Assembly: GCA_035702165.1 (NCBI GenBank)
Contig: DASSQW010000104.1
Coordinates: 1 to 55,543 of the forward strand
Direction: 5' to 3'
DNA length: 55,543 nucleotides
Source of the DNA: Candidatus Nanopelagicales bacterium
Lineage (GTDB): Bacteria > Actinomycetota > Actinomycetes > S36-B12 > CAIYMF01
Numbering within the stretch: position 1 is the stretch's first letter; each line of letters begins with the position of its first letter. The translations under genes and the position numbers were made by a program. Positions 1 through 11,451 of the stretch are shown here, piece by piece. The notes below the pieces were generated by a model. That model worked only from the letters and a program-made list of their open reading frames with translations. It did no database searches and was not told the origin of the DNA.

Positions 1-1047
1 GTCACCTCGCCCGACGGCCGGCAGCTGTTCGTGGGCACCGCCACGCCGGCGGCTCTCGACGACTACCTCACGGGCGCGCCGTACGACGTCGTCGTCGACC
101 TCGCCTCGGGCGGCAAGGCCACCACGCGCCCCGTGCCCGGAACCCAGCAGCCCGCACGGCCCGAGGGCCAGACGTTCTGGCGCGAGCGCAGCGTCGGCTC
201 GACCGCCTCGATCAGCTCGGCGCTCGACCCCGGGACCGCCCTGGTCGTGATGAACGCCGACGCGCGACCGGGCGTCGACTCCGACGTCGTCGTGACCTAC
301 CGGGTTCCCGGCGCCTGGACAGCGGCGTGGGTGGCGGTCGGGGCCGGCGTGCTGCTGATCGTGGCGTCGGTGCTGTTCTTCTGGCGCGCGCGCGTCGCGC
401 GGAGGAGGCGCGACGAGCGCCGTGCGCAGGAGGCCGCAGCGGCGGCGACCGCCGCGGCACCGGTGAGCGCGACGACCGTCCTGCCGGCGGACCCTGCCGC
501 CGATGCCACGGCGAGCGTCCCGGCCTGGGCCGCAGCCCCGGTCGCGCTCAGCGGCGACGAGCTGGCGGGACCGCCGACCGGCGGCCTCGTGGTGGAGTCC
601 GTCGACGGAGCCGAGGCTGTCGTATCCGCGGCCGAGGCGCCCAACGCGGCGCCCGCCCCGCCCGAGGCCGGCTGGTACCCGGGCGCGGGGCCCGCCGGCA
701 CCGCGGCCCTCGCCGTGGCGGCCGACGACAGCGCGGCGGCCACCCCCGAGCCCGCGGCGGACGACGCCACAGCGCCGGACGCCGGTTCCGACCCGGAACC
801 CGCGCGGGAACCGGATCCCGCTGCACCCGCCGACCCGAGCACGGCCGACGACTCCGTCGACACCTGGCACGACGAGACCCGGCCCGTGCCGCTCGTGCCC
901 GCTCCCGAGCCGGAGGGCGTCGCGGTCGCCGCCGTCGCCGATCCGTCGTCGTCGCCGCACGACGAGGCCGTCTACGACGAGCTCGGCGCCTGGTTCCGCG
1001 AGGAGCCCGGCAGCAGCGCCGCCACGGGCAGCACCCCGTCCGGTTAG
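1..1047 (+). CDS. Hypothetical membrane protein (5' truncated by the window) with a long Ala/Pro/Asp-rich C-terminal tail
   Basis: Frame is open from base 1 to TAG at 1045-1047 with high GC3; TM segment WTAAWVAVGAGVLLIVASVLFFW followed by a basic stretch and a low-complexity acidic tail. Confidence 0.75.
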   Translation, partial: VTSPDGRQLFVGTATPAALDDYLTGAPYDVVVDLASGGKATTRPVPGTQQPARPEGQTFWRERSVGSTASISSALDPGTALVVMNADARPGVDSDVVVTYRVPGAWTAAWVAVGAGVLLIVASVLFFWRARVARRRRDERRAQEAAAAATAAAPVSATTVLPADPAADATASVPAWAAAPVALSGDELAGPPTGGLVVESVDGAEAVVSAAEAPNAAPAPPEAGWYPGAGPAGTAALAVAADDSAAATPEPAADDATAPDAGSDPEPAREPDPAAPADPSTADDSVDTWHDETRPVPLVPAPEPEGVAVAAVADPSSSPHDEAVYDELGAWFREEPGSSAATGSTPSG

Positions 1048-1057
1048 GGTCGGTCGC

Positions 1058-1696
1058 GTGCCCGACACCCCGGACCCCCGCGTGAGCGCCGAGGGTGTCG
1101 CGGTCCCCGACGACGAGGTGTCCGACCGCATCCTCACCATCCCGAACCTGCTGTCGTTCCTGCGGCTGCTCGGCGTACCGCTCTTCCTCTGGCTCATCCT
1201 CGTGCCGAAGGCGGACGGCGCCGCCTTCGTGCTGCTGGTGCTCTCCGGCATCACCGACTGGCTCGACGGCGTCATCGCCCGCGCCACCGGCGCGACCAGC
1301 CGGCTCGGGCAGCTGCTCGACCCGCTCGCCGACCGCCTCTACATCGTGGCCACGCTGGTCGGACTCGCCCTGCGCGCGATCATCCCGTGGTGGCTCGTCG
1401 CCGTGATCGTGGCGCGCGACCTGGTGCTCGCCGTCGTGCTGGCCAGGCTCAAGCGCCACGGCGTCACCGGGCTCCCGGTGCACTACCTCGGCAAGGCCGC
1501 GACGTTCTGCCTCATGTGGGGCTTCCCGATCCTGCTGCTCGGCACCGGCGCCACCGGCGTCTCGTTCACCTTCGCCGACGTCGCGCGCGACCTCGGCTGG
1601 GCGTTCGCGATCTGGGGGACGGCGCTGTACTGGTGGGCGGGCCTTCTCTACCTCGAGCAGGCCCGTCGCATCCTGCGAGCGCCGGACCCGGTCTGA
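1058..1696 (+). CDS. pgsA2: CDP-alcohol phosphatidyltransferase (PgsA2-like)
   Basis: TIPNLLSFLRL start and DWLDGVIARATGATSRLGQLLDPLADR family motif; GTG at 1058 lies 7 nt after TAGGGT; usual position upstream of gcvH. Confidence 0.9.
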   Translation: MPDTPDPRVSAEGVAVPDDEVSDRILTIPNLLSFLRLLGVPLFLWLILVPKADGAAFVLLVLSGITDWLDGVIARATGATSRLGQLLDPLADRLYIVATLVGLALRAIIPWWLVAVIVARDLVLAVVLARLKRHGVTGLPVHYLGKAATFCLMWGFPILLLGTGATGVSFTFADVARDLGWAFAIWGTALYWWAGLLYLEQARRILRAPDPV

Positions 1697-1790
1697 GGAA
1701 CTCACCAGCCGTCCGTCGGCCGGGCGCCGCGTGTACGCTCGCCGCGGCGTCGCGCCGGGCGGCGCCGAGGACCACAGGAAGGCGCTCGCC

Positions 1791-2180
1791 ATGGCCGGCC
1801 AGACCCCCGAGAACCTGCGCTACACCGCCGAGCACGAGTGGGTCGACGTCGTGGCCGACGGCAGGGCGCGCTTCGGGATCACCGACCACGCGCAGGACGC
1901 TCTCGGCGACATCGTCTTCGTGACGCTCCCGGCTCTCGGCGCGGCGCTCACGGCAGGGGAGCCCTGCGGCGAGGTCGAGTCGACCAAGTCCGTCTCCGAC
2001 ATCTACGCGCCCGTCAGCGGCACGGTCGTCGCCCGCAACGACGCCGCCGAGACCAGCCCCGAGACCCTCAACTCCGCGCCGTACGGCGACGGCTGGCTGG
2101 TCGAGGTCGAGGTCGCCGACGCGGCCCAGCTCGACGCCCTGCTCGACGCCGCGGCGTACCGCGCGCTCATCGAGGGCTGA
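1791..2180 (+). CDS. gcvH: Glycine cleavage system H protein
   Basis: YTAEHEWV, GITDHAQDALGDIVFV, lipoyl-Lys motif EVESTKSVSD, PYGDGWL; AGGAAGG RBS before ATG 1791. Confidence 0.97.
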   Translation: MAGQTPENLRYTAEHEWVDVVADGRARFGITDHAQDALGDIVFVTLPALGAALTAGEPCGEVESTKSVSDIYAPVSGTVVARNDAAETSPETLNSAPYGDGWLVEVEVADAAQLDALLDAAAYRALIEG

Positions 2181-2212
2181 CCGCAGCTCCGGTCCGATCG
2201 TCCGTCCGACTC

Positions 2213-2235
2213 ACCCTCGACCTCACCTCGAGGGT
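2213..2235. promoter_or_regulatory. Palindromic operator candidate (MerR/FtsR-type) ACCCTCGAC-CTCAC-CTCGAGGGT
   Basis: Inverted repeat just upstream of a -35 box; the same core recurs at 2285-2301 and 4154-4178. Confidence 0.6.
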
Positions 2236-2244
2236 TGTGCGGCA

Positions 2245-2274
2245 TTGACCTGCGTCGCCGCACGTCCGTAGGCT
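2245..2274 (+). promoter_or_regulatory. Housekeeping-sigma promoter for the FHA-MerR operon
   Basis: TTGACC (2245-2250), 18 nt spacer, TAGGCT (2269-2274). Confidence 0.6.
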
Positions 2275-2284
2275 CGGGACGAGT

Positions 2285-2301
2285 CTCGACCGCGGGTCGA
2301 G
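2285..2301. promoter_or_regulatory. Second palindromic operator candidate CTCGAC-CGCGG-GTCGAG
   Basis: Perfect 6-5-6 palindrome in the predicted 5' UTR of the FHA gene. Confidence 0.45.
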
Positions 2302-2324
2302 GCACGACCGACAGGAGTGCGTCG

Positions 2325-2846
2325 ATGGCACGCCACTGCGCGCGGTGCGGGCACCTCGCCGACGAGTACGACCGGTTCTGCGCCGCCTGCGGCGCCGAGC
2401 TGGCTCCGCTCACCGACGACGGAGCCGACGCCGCGCCGCAGACCGGCGTGCTCGGACTGCGCGCCGCGACCGAGGGCGACTCGAGCCCGATGCCCGCGGT
2501 CGACCCGAGCACCGTCGGCGGACTGCCGGCCGGCGCCGCGGTCCTCGTCGTCCTGCGCGGCCCGCAGGAGGGCGCGCGCTTCGACCTCGACCCCGCGCTG
2601 CTCACCGTCACCGTCGGACGCTCGCCGGACTGCGCGCTCTTCCTCGACGACGTCACCGTGTCCCGCCACCACGCCGACCTGTTCGCCGTCGACGGGCACT
2701 GGGAGCTCGTCGACACCGGGAGCCTGAACGGCAGCTACGTCAACCGCCGCCGCATCGACCGGCAGGTGCTCGTTGGCGGCGACGAGCTGCAGATCGGCAA
2801 GTACCGCTTCGTCTTCCTCGAGGCCGCGCAAGGAGATCCCTCATGA
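2325..2846 (+). CDS. garA: Zinc-ribbon + FHA domain protein (GarA/OdhI-like)
   Basis: N-terminal CARC...CAAC; FHA motifs GRSPDC..FLDDVTVSRHHA, DTGSLNGSYVN, GDELQIGKYR; AGGAG RBS; synteny after gcvH. Confidence 0.85.
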   Translation: MARHCARCGHLADEYDRFCAACGAELAPLTDDGADAAPQTGVLGLRAATEGDSSPMPAVDPSTVGGLPAGAAVLVVLRGPQEGARFDLDPALLTVTVGRSPDCALFLDDVTVSRHHADLFAVDGHWELVDTGSLNGSYVNRRRIDRQVLVGGDELQIGKYRFVFLEAAQGDPS

Positions 2847-3574
2847 CCGCCGTCGCGTCGCACGGACTGATGGGCATCGGCGACGTCCTCGCCGCGCTGC
2901 GCCCGGAGTTCCCCGACGTCACCATCTCCAAGATCCGCTTCCTGGAGTCCGAGGGGCTCGTCACGCCGCAGCGCACGGCGAGCGGCTACCGCAAGTTCAG
3001 CCACGCCGACGTCGAGCGGCTGCGCTACGTCCTGTCCTGCCAGCGCGACCAGTACCTCCCGCTCAAGGTCATCCGCGACCACCTCGAGGCGATCGACCGG
3101 GGCCTCGAGCCCCCGACGTCGAGCGGCGACGGACCGCGCGTGCCGCGCGCGCTGGTGTCCACCGACGGCCTGCCCTCGTCCGACACCTTCCGGCCGTCCG
3201 CCGCCGATGTGCGCCTCTCGCGCAAGGAGCTGCTCGAGTCCAGCGGCCTCGACGACTCCCTGCTCGGCCAGCTCGAGGGGTTCGGTCTGATTTCCAAGCG
3301 CGGCTCTCACTACGACGGCGACGCCCTGTCGGTGGCCAGCACGGTCGCGGAGATGTCCGCGTTCGGCATCGAGCCCCGGCACCTGCGCACCTTCAAGGTC
3401 GCGGCGGACCGCGAGGTCGGCCTCGTCGAGCAGGTGGTCACGCCGATGCTGCGCCAGCGCGACCCGGAGAGCCAGCAGCGCGCCGACGACGCGATCCGAC
3501 AGCTGTCCGCACTCTCGGTCCGTCTGCACGCCTCGCTGGTGAGGGCCGGGCTCGCCGCCGAGCTGCGTCGCTGA
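2843..3574 (+). CDS. ftsR: MerR-family regulator (FtsR/Rv1828-like)
   Basis: MGIGDVL..LRPEFPDVTISKIRFLESEGLVTPQRTASGYRKF; ATGA overlap with the FHA gene stop. Confidence 0.88.
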   Translation: MTAVASHGLMGIGDVLAALRPEFPDVTISKIRFLESEGLVTPQRTASGYRKFSHADVERLRYVLSCQRDQYLPLKVIRDHLEAIDRGLEPPTSSGDGPRVPRALVSTDGLPSSDTFRPSAADVRLSRKELLESSGLDDSLLGQLEGFGLISKRGSHYDGDALSVASTVAEMSAFGIEPRHLRTFKVAADREVGLVEQVVTPMLRQRDPESQQRADDAIRQLSALSVRLHASLVRAGLAAELRR

Positions 3575-3635
3575 CGGGCGCGCTCGGGCTCTCGCTCGAG
3601 GTCGCGCCGCGCGTCCGGATGGCTAGGGTGGTCGC

Positions 3636-4124
3636 ATGCAGCAGATGGACGTCGTGGGTGTCCGGGTCGAGATGCCCTCCAACCAGCCGATCGTCCTGCT
3701 GCGCGAGGTCGACGGGGAGCGCTACCTCCCGATCTGGATCGGCGCCGTCGAGGCGACCGCTATCGCCTTCGCCCAGCAGGGAGTCGTCCCCGCCCGGCCG
3801 CTGACCCACGACCTGCTGCGCGACGTCCTCGAGTCCCTCGACCGCCGCCTCGACGACGTCCGGATCACCGAGCTCTCCGACGGCGTCTTCTACGCCGTGC
3901 TCGCCTTCGACGGCGGCACCGAGGTCAGCGCCCGGCCGTCCGACGCGATCGCTCTCGCCCTGCGCACCGGCACGACCATCCACTGCGCGGAGTCGGTGCT
4001 CGCCGAGGCCGGCATCGCCGTGCCGGACGAGCAGGAGGACGAGGTCGAGAAGTTCCGCGAGTTCCTCGACCAGATCTCGCCCGACGACTTCCTCGGCGGG
4101 GGAGCCGCACCCGAGGACCGCTGA
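3636..4124 (+). CDS. Bifunctional nuclease family protein (DUF151)
   Basis: RYLPIWIGAVEATAI, RPLTHDLL, SARPSDAIALA, EVEKFREFLD. Confidence 0.93.
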   Translation: MQQMDVVGVRVEMPSNQPIVLLREVDGERYLPIWIGAVEATAIAFAQQGVVPARPLTHDLLRDVLESLDRRLDDVRITELSDGVFYAVLAFDGGTEVSARPSDAIALALRTGTTIHCAESVLAEAGIAVPDEQEDEVEKFREFLDQISPDDFLGGGAAPEDR

Positions 4125-4153
4125 CGGCCCGCCGGGCAGTCTGCTCCGGGTCG

Positions 4154-4178
4154 AAGTCTCGACGTCTACCTGAGACTT
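4154..4178. promoter_or_regulatory. Third palindromic operator candidate AAGTCTCGAC-GTCTA-CCTGAGACTT
   Basis: Inverted repeat AAGTCTC/GAGACTT with the same core spacing, about 55 bp upstream of a -35 box. Confidence 0.55.
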
Positions 4179-4232
4179 GCCGGGTGTGACGGATCAGGCG
4201 CGGACCGGGTCGGCGTGTCGGTCGCCCGGACG

Positions 4233-4261
4233 TTGACCCACCCCTTCCCGCCCCCTAGCGT
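4233..4261 (+). promoter_or_regulatory. Housekeeping-sigma promoter for the second MerR gene
   Basis: TTGACC (4233-4238), 17 nt spacer, TAGCGT (4256-4261). Confidence 0.6.
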
Positions 4262-4339
4262 GCGGGGTGAACGTCGACGGTGTAACTCTCGCGGTGTGCT
4301 TCCCCCATCCCGCGGCATCGAGACGGTGCGGAGGTCGCG

Positions 4340-4948
4340 ATGAGCGGAGTCGACGAGGTCCCTGGGGCCCCGGTGCAGGAGCGCGCCGCGGCAGCGGACG
4401 AGGCGGCCCGTCAGGGTCTGCTCTTCGGCGACGACGCCGCGTCCATCCCGAGCGACGTCGGCTTCCGCGGCCCGGTCGCCTGCTCGGCCGCCGGCATCAC
4501 CTACCGCCAGCTCGACTACTGGGCGCGCACCGGGCTGGTCGAGCCCAGCGTGCGGACCGCCGCGGGCTCGGGCAGCCAGCGCCTGTACAGCTTCCGCGAC
4601 ATCCTGGTGCTCAAGGTGATCAAGCGCCTGCTCGACACCGGGGTCTCGCTCCAGAACATCCGCACCGCCGTCGAGCACCTGCGCGAGAGCGGAGTCGACG
4701 ACCTCGCCCAGGTGACCCTGATGAGCGACGGCGCGAGCGTCTACGAGTGCCGTTCCCAGGACGAGGTCATCGACCTCGTGCAGGGCGGCCAGGGCGTGTT
4801 CGGCATCGCCGTCGGCCGGGTCTGGCGCGAGGTCGAGGGCAGCCTCGCCGAGCTCCCCAGCGAGCACCTCGACGGCACGCCGTCGGTGGTCCCGGCCGTC
4901 GAGGGCGACGAGCTCGCTGCCCGACGCGCCGCCCGCGCCACGGGCTGA
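4340..4948 (+). CDS. MerR-family regulator (Rv1830-like)
   Basis: GFRGPVACSAAGITYRQLDYWARTGLVEPS, QRLYSFRDI, GGQGVFGIA; GGAGG RBS. Confidence 0.93.
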   Translation: MSGVDEVPGAPVQERAAAADEAARQGLLFGDDAASIPSDVGFRGPVACSAAGITYRQLDYWARTGLVEPSVRTAAGSGSQRLYSFRDILVLKVIKRLLDTGVSLQNIRTAVEHLRESGVDDLAQVTLMSDGASVYECRSQDEVIDLVQGGQGVFGIAVGRVWREVEGSLAELPSEHLDGTPSVVPAVEGDELAARRAARATG

Positions 4949-4990
4949 GCCCGCCCACCCCCTGGGGGTACTCTTCGGGTACGCCGAGCA

Positions 4991-5184
4991 CCCGGGCGGG
5001 AGAGTCCTGTCGCAGCCAGCGGCGGGCGCCGAAGGAGCAACTCCCCGTCAACCTCTCAGGCAGTCCGGACCGTCCGGGCACGGCGTCTCTGGAAAGCGGG
5101 ACCGCACCGGTCCCCGCCGACGGTGCAAGCCGCCTCGCGCGGTGAAGCTCTCAGGTGCGCGGGTTCGCGCAGAAACAGAGGGGG
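4991..5184 (+). ncRNA. Tandem glycine riboswitch (two aptamers)
   Basis: Aptamer 1: GGGAGAG..CGCCGAAGGAGCAA..ACCTCTCAGG; aptamer 2: CTCTGGAAAG..CGCCGACGGTGCAA..AGCTCTCAGG..ACAGAG; directly upstream of gcvP. Confidence 0.93.
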
Positions 5185-5237
5185 ATCCTCGTCCGCGCAC
5201 CCGCGCGGCGGTGGTCCCGTCCCTGGAGTGAGCACCC

Positions 5238-8159
<2,922 letters not shown>

Positions 8160-8168
8160 ACGACGACG

Positions 8169-8205
8169 AGGACGCCCCGCGTCGCACGCCAACGTGGGGC
8201 GTCCT
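8169..8205. terminator. Stem-loop between convergent gcvP and DUF3237 genes
   Basis: AGGACGCCCCGCGT pairs with ACGTGGGGCGTCCT (one G-U pair), starting 10 nt after the gcvP stop. Confidence 0.65.
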
Positions 8206-8277
8206 GCGTGTCGGAAACCGTCCGTCCGGGCATGCGACGGCGTTCGTCGCGTCACGACGCTGCGGCGGGCGGCTGGA

Positions 8278-8745
8278 TCAGGCGAGGGCGAAGAACCGGA
8301 TGACGACGTCGCCCCGGTCCTCGCGGGCGAGCCCGACGAACACCGTCTCGGTGAGCCAGCGGTGCGCCGGCGCCTCGGTCGTGAACACCGGCGACGTGCG
8401 GTAGTAGTACTCCGTCTCGCTCACGGCCTCGCCGGCGTCGAGGCGCGCAGCGACATCCGGCGAGGCGCGCCAGAAGCCGCGGTTCGCGATCGCGATGAGC
8501 GCGCCGTCTTCGGCGCGCAGCACGTAGCGGGCATCGAGGGCGATGGTGCCGTCGCGGTCGACGTACCAGTCCTCGCCGCCCGGCAGCACCTCGCCGCGCA
8601 GGCGCGGGCCCTCCACGCTGCCGCCCGTGATCGGTACGACGTGCAGCGCTTCGTGCGCAGACGCGCCACCGACGCGCAGCGCGGGATCGACGTTCACGCG
8701 CACCTCGAAGGCGGGCTCGAGCACGGGGTCGGGCAGCTGGTCCAC
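8278..8745 (-). CDS. DUF3237 family protein
   Basis: VPITGGSVEGPRLRGEVLPGGEDW, LDARY.L..EDGALI, YYYRTSPVF, HRWL. Confidence 0.9.
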   Translation of the reverse strand: MDQLPDPVLEPAFEVRVNVDPALRVGGASAHEALHVVPITGGSVEGPRLRGEVLPGGEDWYVDRDGTIALDARYVLRAEDGALIAIANRGFWRASPDVAARLDAGEAVSETEYYYRTSPVFTTEAPAHRWLTETVFVGLAREDRGDVVIRFFALA

Positions 8746-8834
8746 ACGGCGATCCTGCCCGACCGGACCGATGGCCGCTCGCCTCCCGACGGAACGCCGC
8801 TGCGACCGCGCCGGACGGCGTGGCGGCGCGGGCG

Positions 8835-9338
8835 CTACGTCCGGCCCTCGATCTCCTGCGCGTCGAAGAGCGACTCCTGCTCCTCCTCGTCGGGCCTCAT
8901 CCAGTCCGCGTGGCGCACCGTCCAGCCTTCGTCGCGGAGCACGCGCACGACCGCGAGATCGTCGTCGACGACCTCGACGATGTCGCCGTCGCGCGCCAGC
9001 CGGGAGACCGCCTGGGGCTTGAAGACGCGCGCCGGACGACGGTCGTCCTCGCGGCGCATCACGAGCCGCCCGTCCGGCAGCCCCTGGCGCTCGAGCCAGG
9101 CCGTGGTGAGCCTGCGGTAGGCCTCGTTGCGGCCGGTGAGGTAGGCGATGCGGTACCCGTCCTCGGCGTACCGCCGGGCCAGGTCGACCCCGTCGGGCAG
9201 CGGCTCGTCGTCGTCCATCGACGCGAAGAACGCCGGCCAGTCCTTGCGCCGGCCCTCGACGTGGTGCAGACGGTGCCGCACGTCGGCGAGCACGCCGTCG
9301 ATGTCGAACACGACGATGCCGCGGGGCGTCTCGGTCAC
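8835..9338 (-). CDS. HAD-superfamily phosphatase (PNKP phosphatase-domain-like)
   Basis: VFDIDGVLAD, YLTGR, K..., VDDD motifs; GTG 9338 follows a TAGCGT -10-like hexamer. Confidence 0.85.
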   Translation of the reverse strand: MTETPRGIVVFDIDGVLADVRHRLHHVEGRRKDWPAFFASMDDDEPLPDGVDLARRYAEDGYRIAYLTGRNEAYRRLTTAWLERQGLPDGRLVMRREDDRRPARVFKPQAVSRLARDGDIVEVVDDDLAVVRVLRDEGWTVRHADWMRPDEEEQESLFDAQEIEGRT

Positions 9339-9367
9339 GGTCGCGACGCTACCCGTAGGGTCGTGCC

Positions 9368-9844
9368 ATGGCACTCGACCCCGCCCTCGTACGCGACTCG
9401 TACTTCTCGATGGTCCCGATGACGACGACGCTCGGGCTGCGCTTCGAGCACCTCGACCTCGAGCGCTGCGTCATGGTGCTGCCGGACAACCCGCACTACC
9501 GCAACCACGTCGCCGGCCCGCACGCGGGCGCCATGTGGACGCTCGCGGAATCGGCGTCGGGCGCGCTCGTGTTCGCGGGCTTCGGCGACCTGATGGCCGA
9601 GGTGACGCCCTTCCCGGTCGAGTCGACGATCCGCTTCCTCAAGGTGGCGTTCGGCGACGTGACGGCGGTGGCGACGCTCGGCGAGGACGCGGCGACGGCC
9701 GTGGAGACCATGCGCGGGGGCACGAGGCCGGAGTTCGTCGTCGACATCGAGCTCTCCACCGGCGACGGCGAGGACCGCCTCGTCACCGGCGCGATGACCG
9801 TGACCTGGACGCTCAAGCTCAACAAGCGTCCGGAGACGCCCTAG
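9368..9844 (+). CDS. Hotdog-fold thioesterase (DUF4442/PaaI-like)
   Basis: NHVAGPHAGAMWTLAESASG motif; STIRFLK. Confidence 0.85.
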   Translation: MALDPALVRDSYFSMVPMTTTLGLRFEHLDLERCVMVLPDNPHYRNHVAGPHAGAMWTLAESASGALVFAGFGDLMAEVTPFPVESTIRFLKVAFGDVTAVATLGEDAATAVETMRGGTRPEFVVDIELSTGDGEDRLVTGAMTVTWTLKLNKRPETP

Positions 9845-10248
9845 ACCGTCCCGGCCTTGGGCGGCCGCACGAGCGACTCCAGCGAGAGCCGGGCGATCGG
9901 CGAGTAGGTGAGCACGGCCGCAGCGGGACCGTCGACGAGCAGCGTCGTGCTGGTGCCTCCGCCGATGCGCGCCTCGCTGCGGTGGTCGAGGTGCATCCGC
10001 ACCGGGCCGGCCACGACGTCCCAGGCCCAGCGGTGCTCCTCGGGCACGAGCTCGACGACCTCGAACTGCGCTCCGAGGTTGGGTACGACGCCGAAGACGG
10101 TGCCGGTCACGCCGACCGCGAGGGTGTCCGACGAGCACTCGACCCGGCGGATCTGCGGCGCCCAGGTCGTCCAGAGCCGGGGCTGCAGGTAGCGCTGCCA
10201 CACCGTGGCGACGTCGGCGGTGCCGGCGGCTCGCAGGGTCAGGCGCAT
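9841..10248 (-). CDS. SRPBCC/polyketide cyclase-like protein
   Basis: VWQRY..PRLWTTWAPQI, HRWAW; shares the CTAG stop overlap with the convergent gene. Confidence 0.75.
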   Translation of the reverse strand: MRLTLRAAGTADVATVWQRYLQPRLWTTWAPQIRRVECSSDTLAVGVTGTVFGVVPNLGAQFEVVELVPEEHRWAWDVVAGPVRMHLDHRSEARIGGGTSTTLLVDGPAAAVLTYSPIARLSLESLVRPPKAGTV

Positions 10249-10364
10249 GGAGCGAATCCTCTCCTGCCGCCGATGCCGGTACGCGCGCAGGGTCGCCGCG
10301 TGGCCTCGGCCACGTCCGGCGCGGAAGCCCTCGCGGGCCGCCCGCGACGCCGTACCGTGTGCGC

Positions 10365-10901
10365 GTGAGCGAGATGACGGAGGCCCGCCCCGGCTGGCTG
10401 TCGCGCGACGACCTCGAGTCCTCGCGCGAGCGGTTGCCCATCGTCTACGTCGACGCCATCCCGGTGCGGGTCGACGAGCGCGGTGTCGTCACCGCGGTCG
10501 GGCTGCTGCTGCGCGCGATGCCCGACGGCAGCATCAGCCGCGCGCCAGTGTCGGGGCGCGTCCTGTACGGCGAGCGCATCCGCGACGCCCTCGTGCGCCA
10601 CCTCGAGAAGGACCTCGGCCCGATGGCGCTCCCGAAGATCCCGCCGCAGCCGCAGCCCTTCACGGTCGCCGAGTACTTCCCGGACCCGTCGGTCTCCGGC
10701 TTCCACGACCCGCGTCAGCACGCGGTGTCGCTCGCGTTCGTCGTACCCGTGACCGGTGACTGCGTGCCGTCGACCGACGCGCTGGACCTGCAGTGGATGA
10801 CCCCCAGCGAGTGCGCCAGCGACGCTGTCGCCGCGGAGATGACCGGTGGGCAGGACCGGCTGCTGCGCCTGGCGCTGGCGTCGGTCGGCTCGCTGCCGTG
10901 A
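10365..10901 (+). CDS. NUDIX-like hydrolase (DUF4916)
   Basis: LPIVYVDAIPVR, VSGRVLYGERIRDALVRHLEKDLG, FHDPRQHAVSLA; start chosen 6 nt after TACCGT. Confidence 0.88.
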   Translation: MSEMTEARPGWLSRDDLESSRERLPIVYVDAIPVRVDERGVVTAVGLLLRAMPDGSISRAPVSGRVLYGERIRDALVRHLEKDLGPMALPKIPPQPQPFTVAEYFPDPSVSGFHDPRQHAVSLAFVVPVTGDCVPSTDALDLQWMTPSECASDAVAAEMTGGQDRLLRLALASVGSLP

Positions 10902-11395
10902 CGCTGCTCGAGACCGAGCGGCTCGTCCTGCGCACGCTCACCGCCGACGAGGCTGCGGCGATCCGCTCGGGCGACCGCACCGGTCGCGCCTGGGCCGACG
11001 ACTACCCCTCCGACGGCGACGCCGTCGTGGCGGCCGTGATCGGCGAGGCGGGGGAGCACTACGACGAGTCCGCGCCGCTCGGGGTGCTGCAGGTGCTGCG
11101 CCGCGACACCGGGCTCGCCGTCGGGGGCATCGGGTTCCTGCACGCCGTCGAGGACGGCGAGGCCGAGGTCGGCTACGGGCTGGCGGAGTCCGCGCACGGC
11201 CAGGGATATGCCACCGAGGCCCTCGTGGCCGTGCTCGGGCTCGCCCGCGAGCACGGTGTGGAGCGCGTCGTCGCGTTGACCGACCTCGACAACCTGGCGT
11301 CGCAGCGCGTGCTGCAGCGCTGCCGCTTCGAGCCGGCGGGGTCGGTCAGCAGCCCCGAGGGCGAGCAGCTGCGCTGGCTGCGCCGGCTGGACTGA
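10898..11395 (+). CDS. GNAT acetyltransferase (RimJ/RimL-like)
   Basis: LETERLVLR, EVGYGL..SAHGQGYATEAL, NLASQRVL; GTGA overlap with upstream stop. Confidence 0.9.
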   Translation: MTLLETERLVLRTLTADEAAAIRSGDRTGRAWADDYPSDGDAVVAAVIGEAGEHYDESAPLGVLQVLRRDTGLAVGGIGFLHAVEDGEAEVGYGLAESAHGQGYATEALVAVLGLAREHGVERVVALTDLDNLASQRVLQRCRFEPAGSVSSPEGEQLRWLRRLD

Positions 11396-11401
11396 ACGCC
11401 G

Positions 11402-11445
11402 TAATTCATCACGCGTGGACTTAGCGGTCCGCGCGGTCCTACGGT
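11402..11445 (+). promoter_or_regulatory. Promoter of the ABC-TetR operon with an overlapping AT-rich imperfect palindrome (probable TetR operator)
   Basis: TAATTCAT-CACGCGTG-GACTTA overlaps TGGACT (-35-like); TACGGT at 11440-11445 is 6 nt before the ATG. Confidence 0.5.
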
Positions 11446-11451
11446 CGCGGC

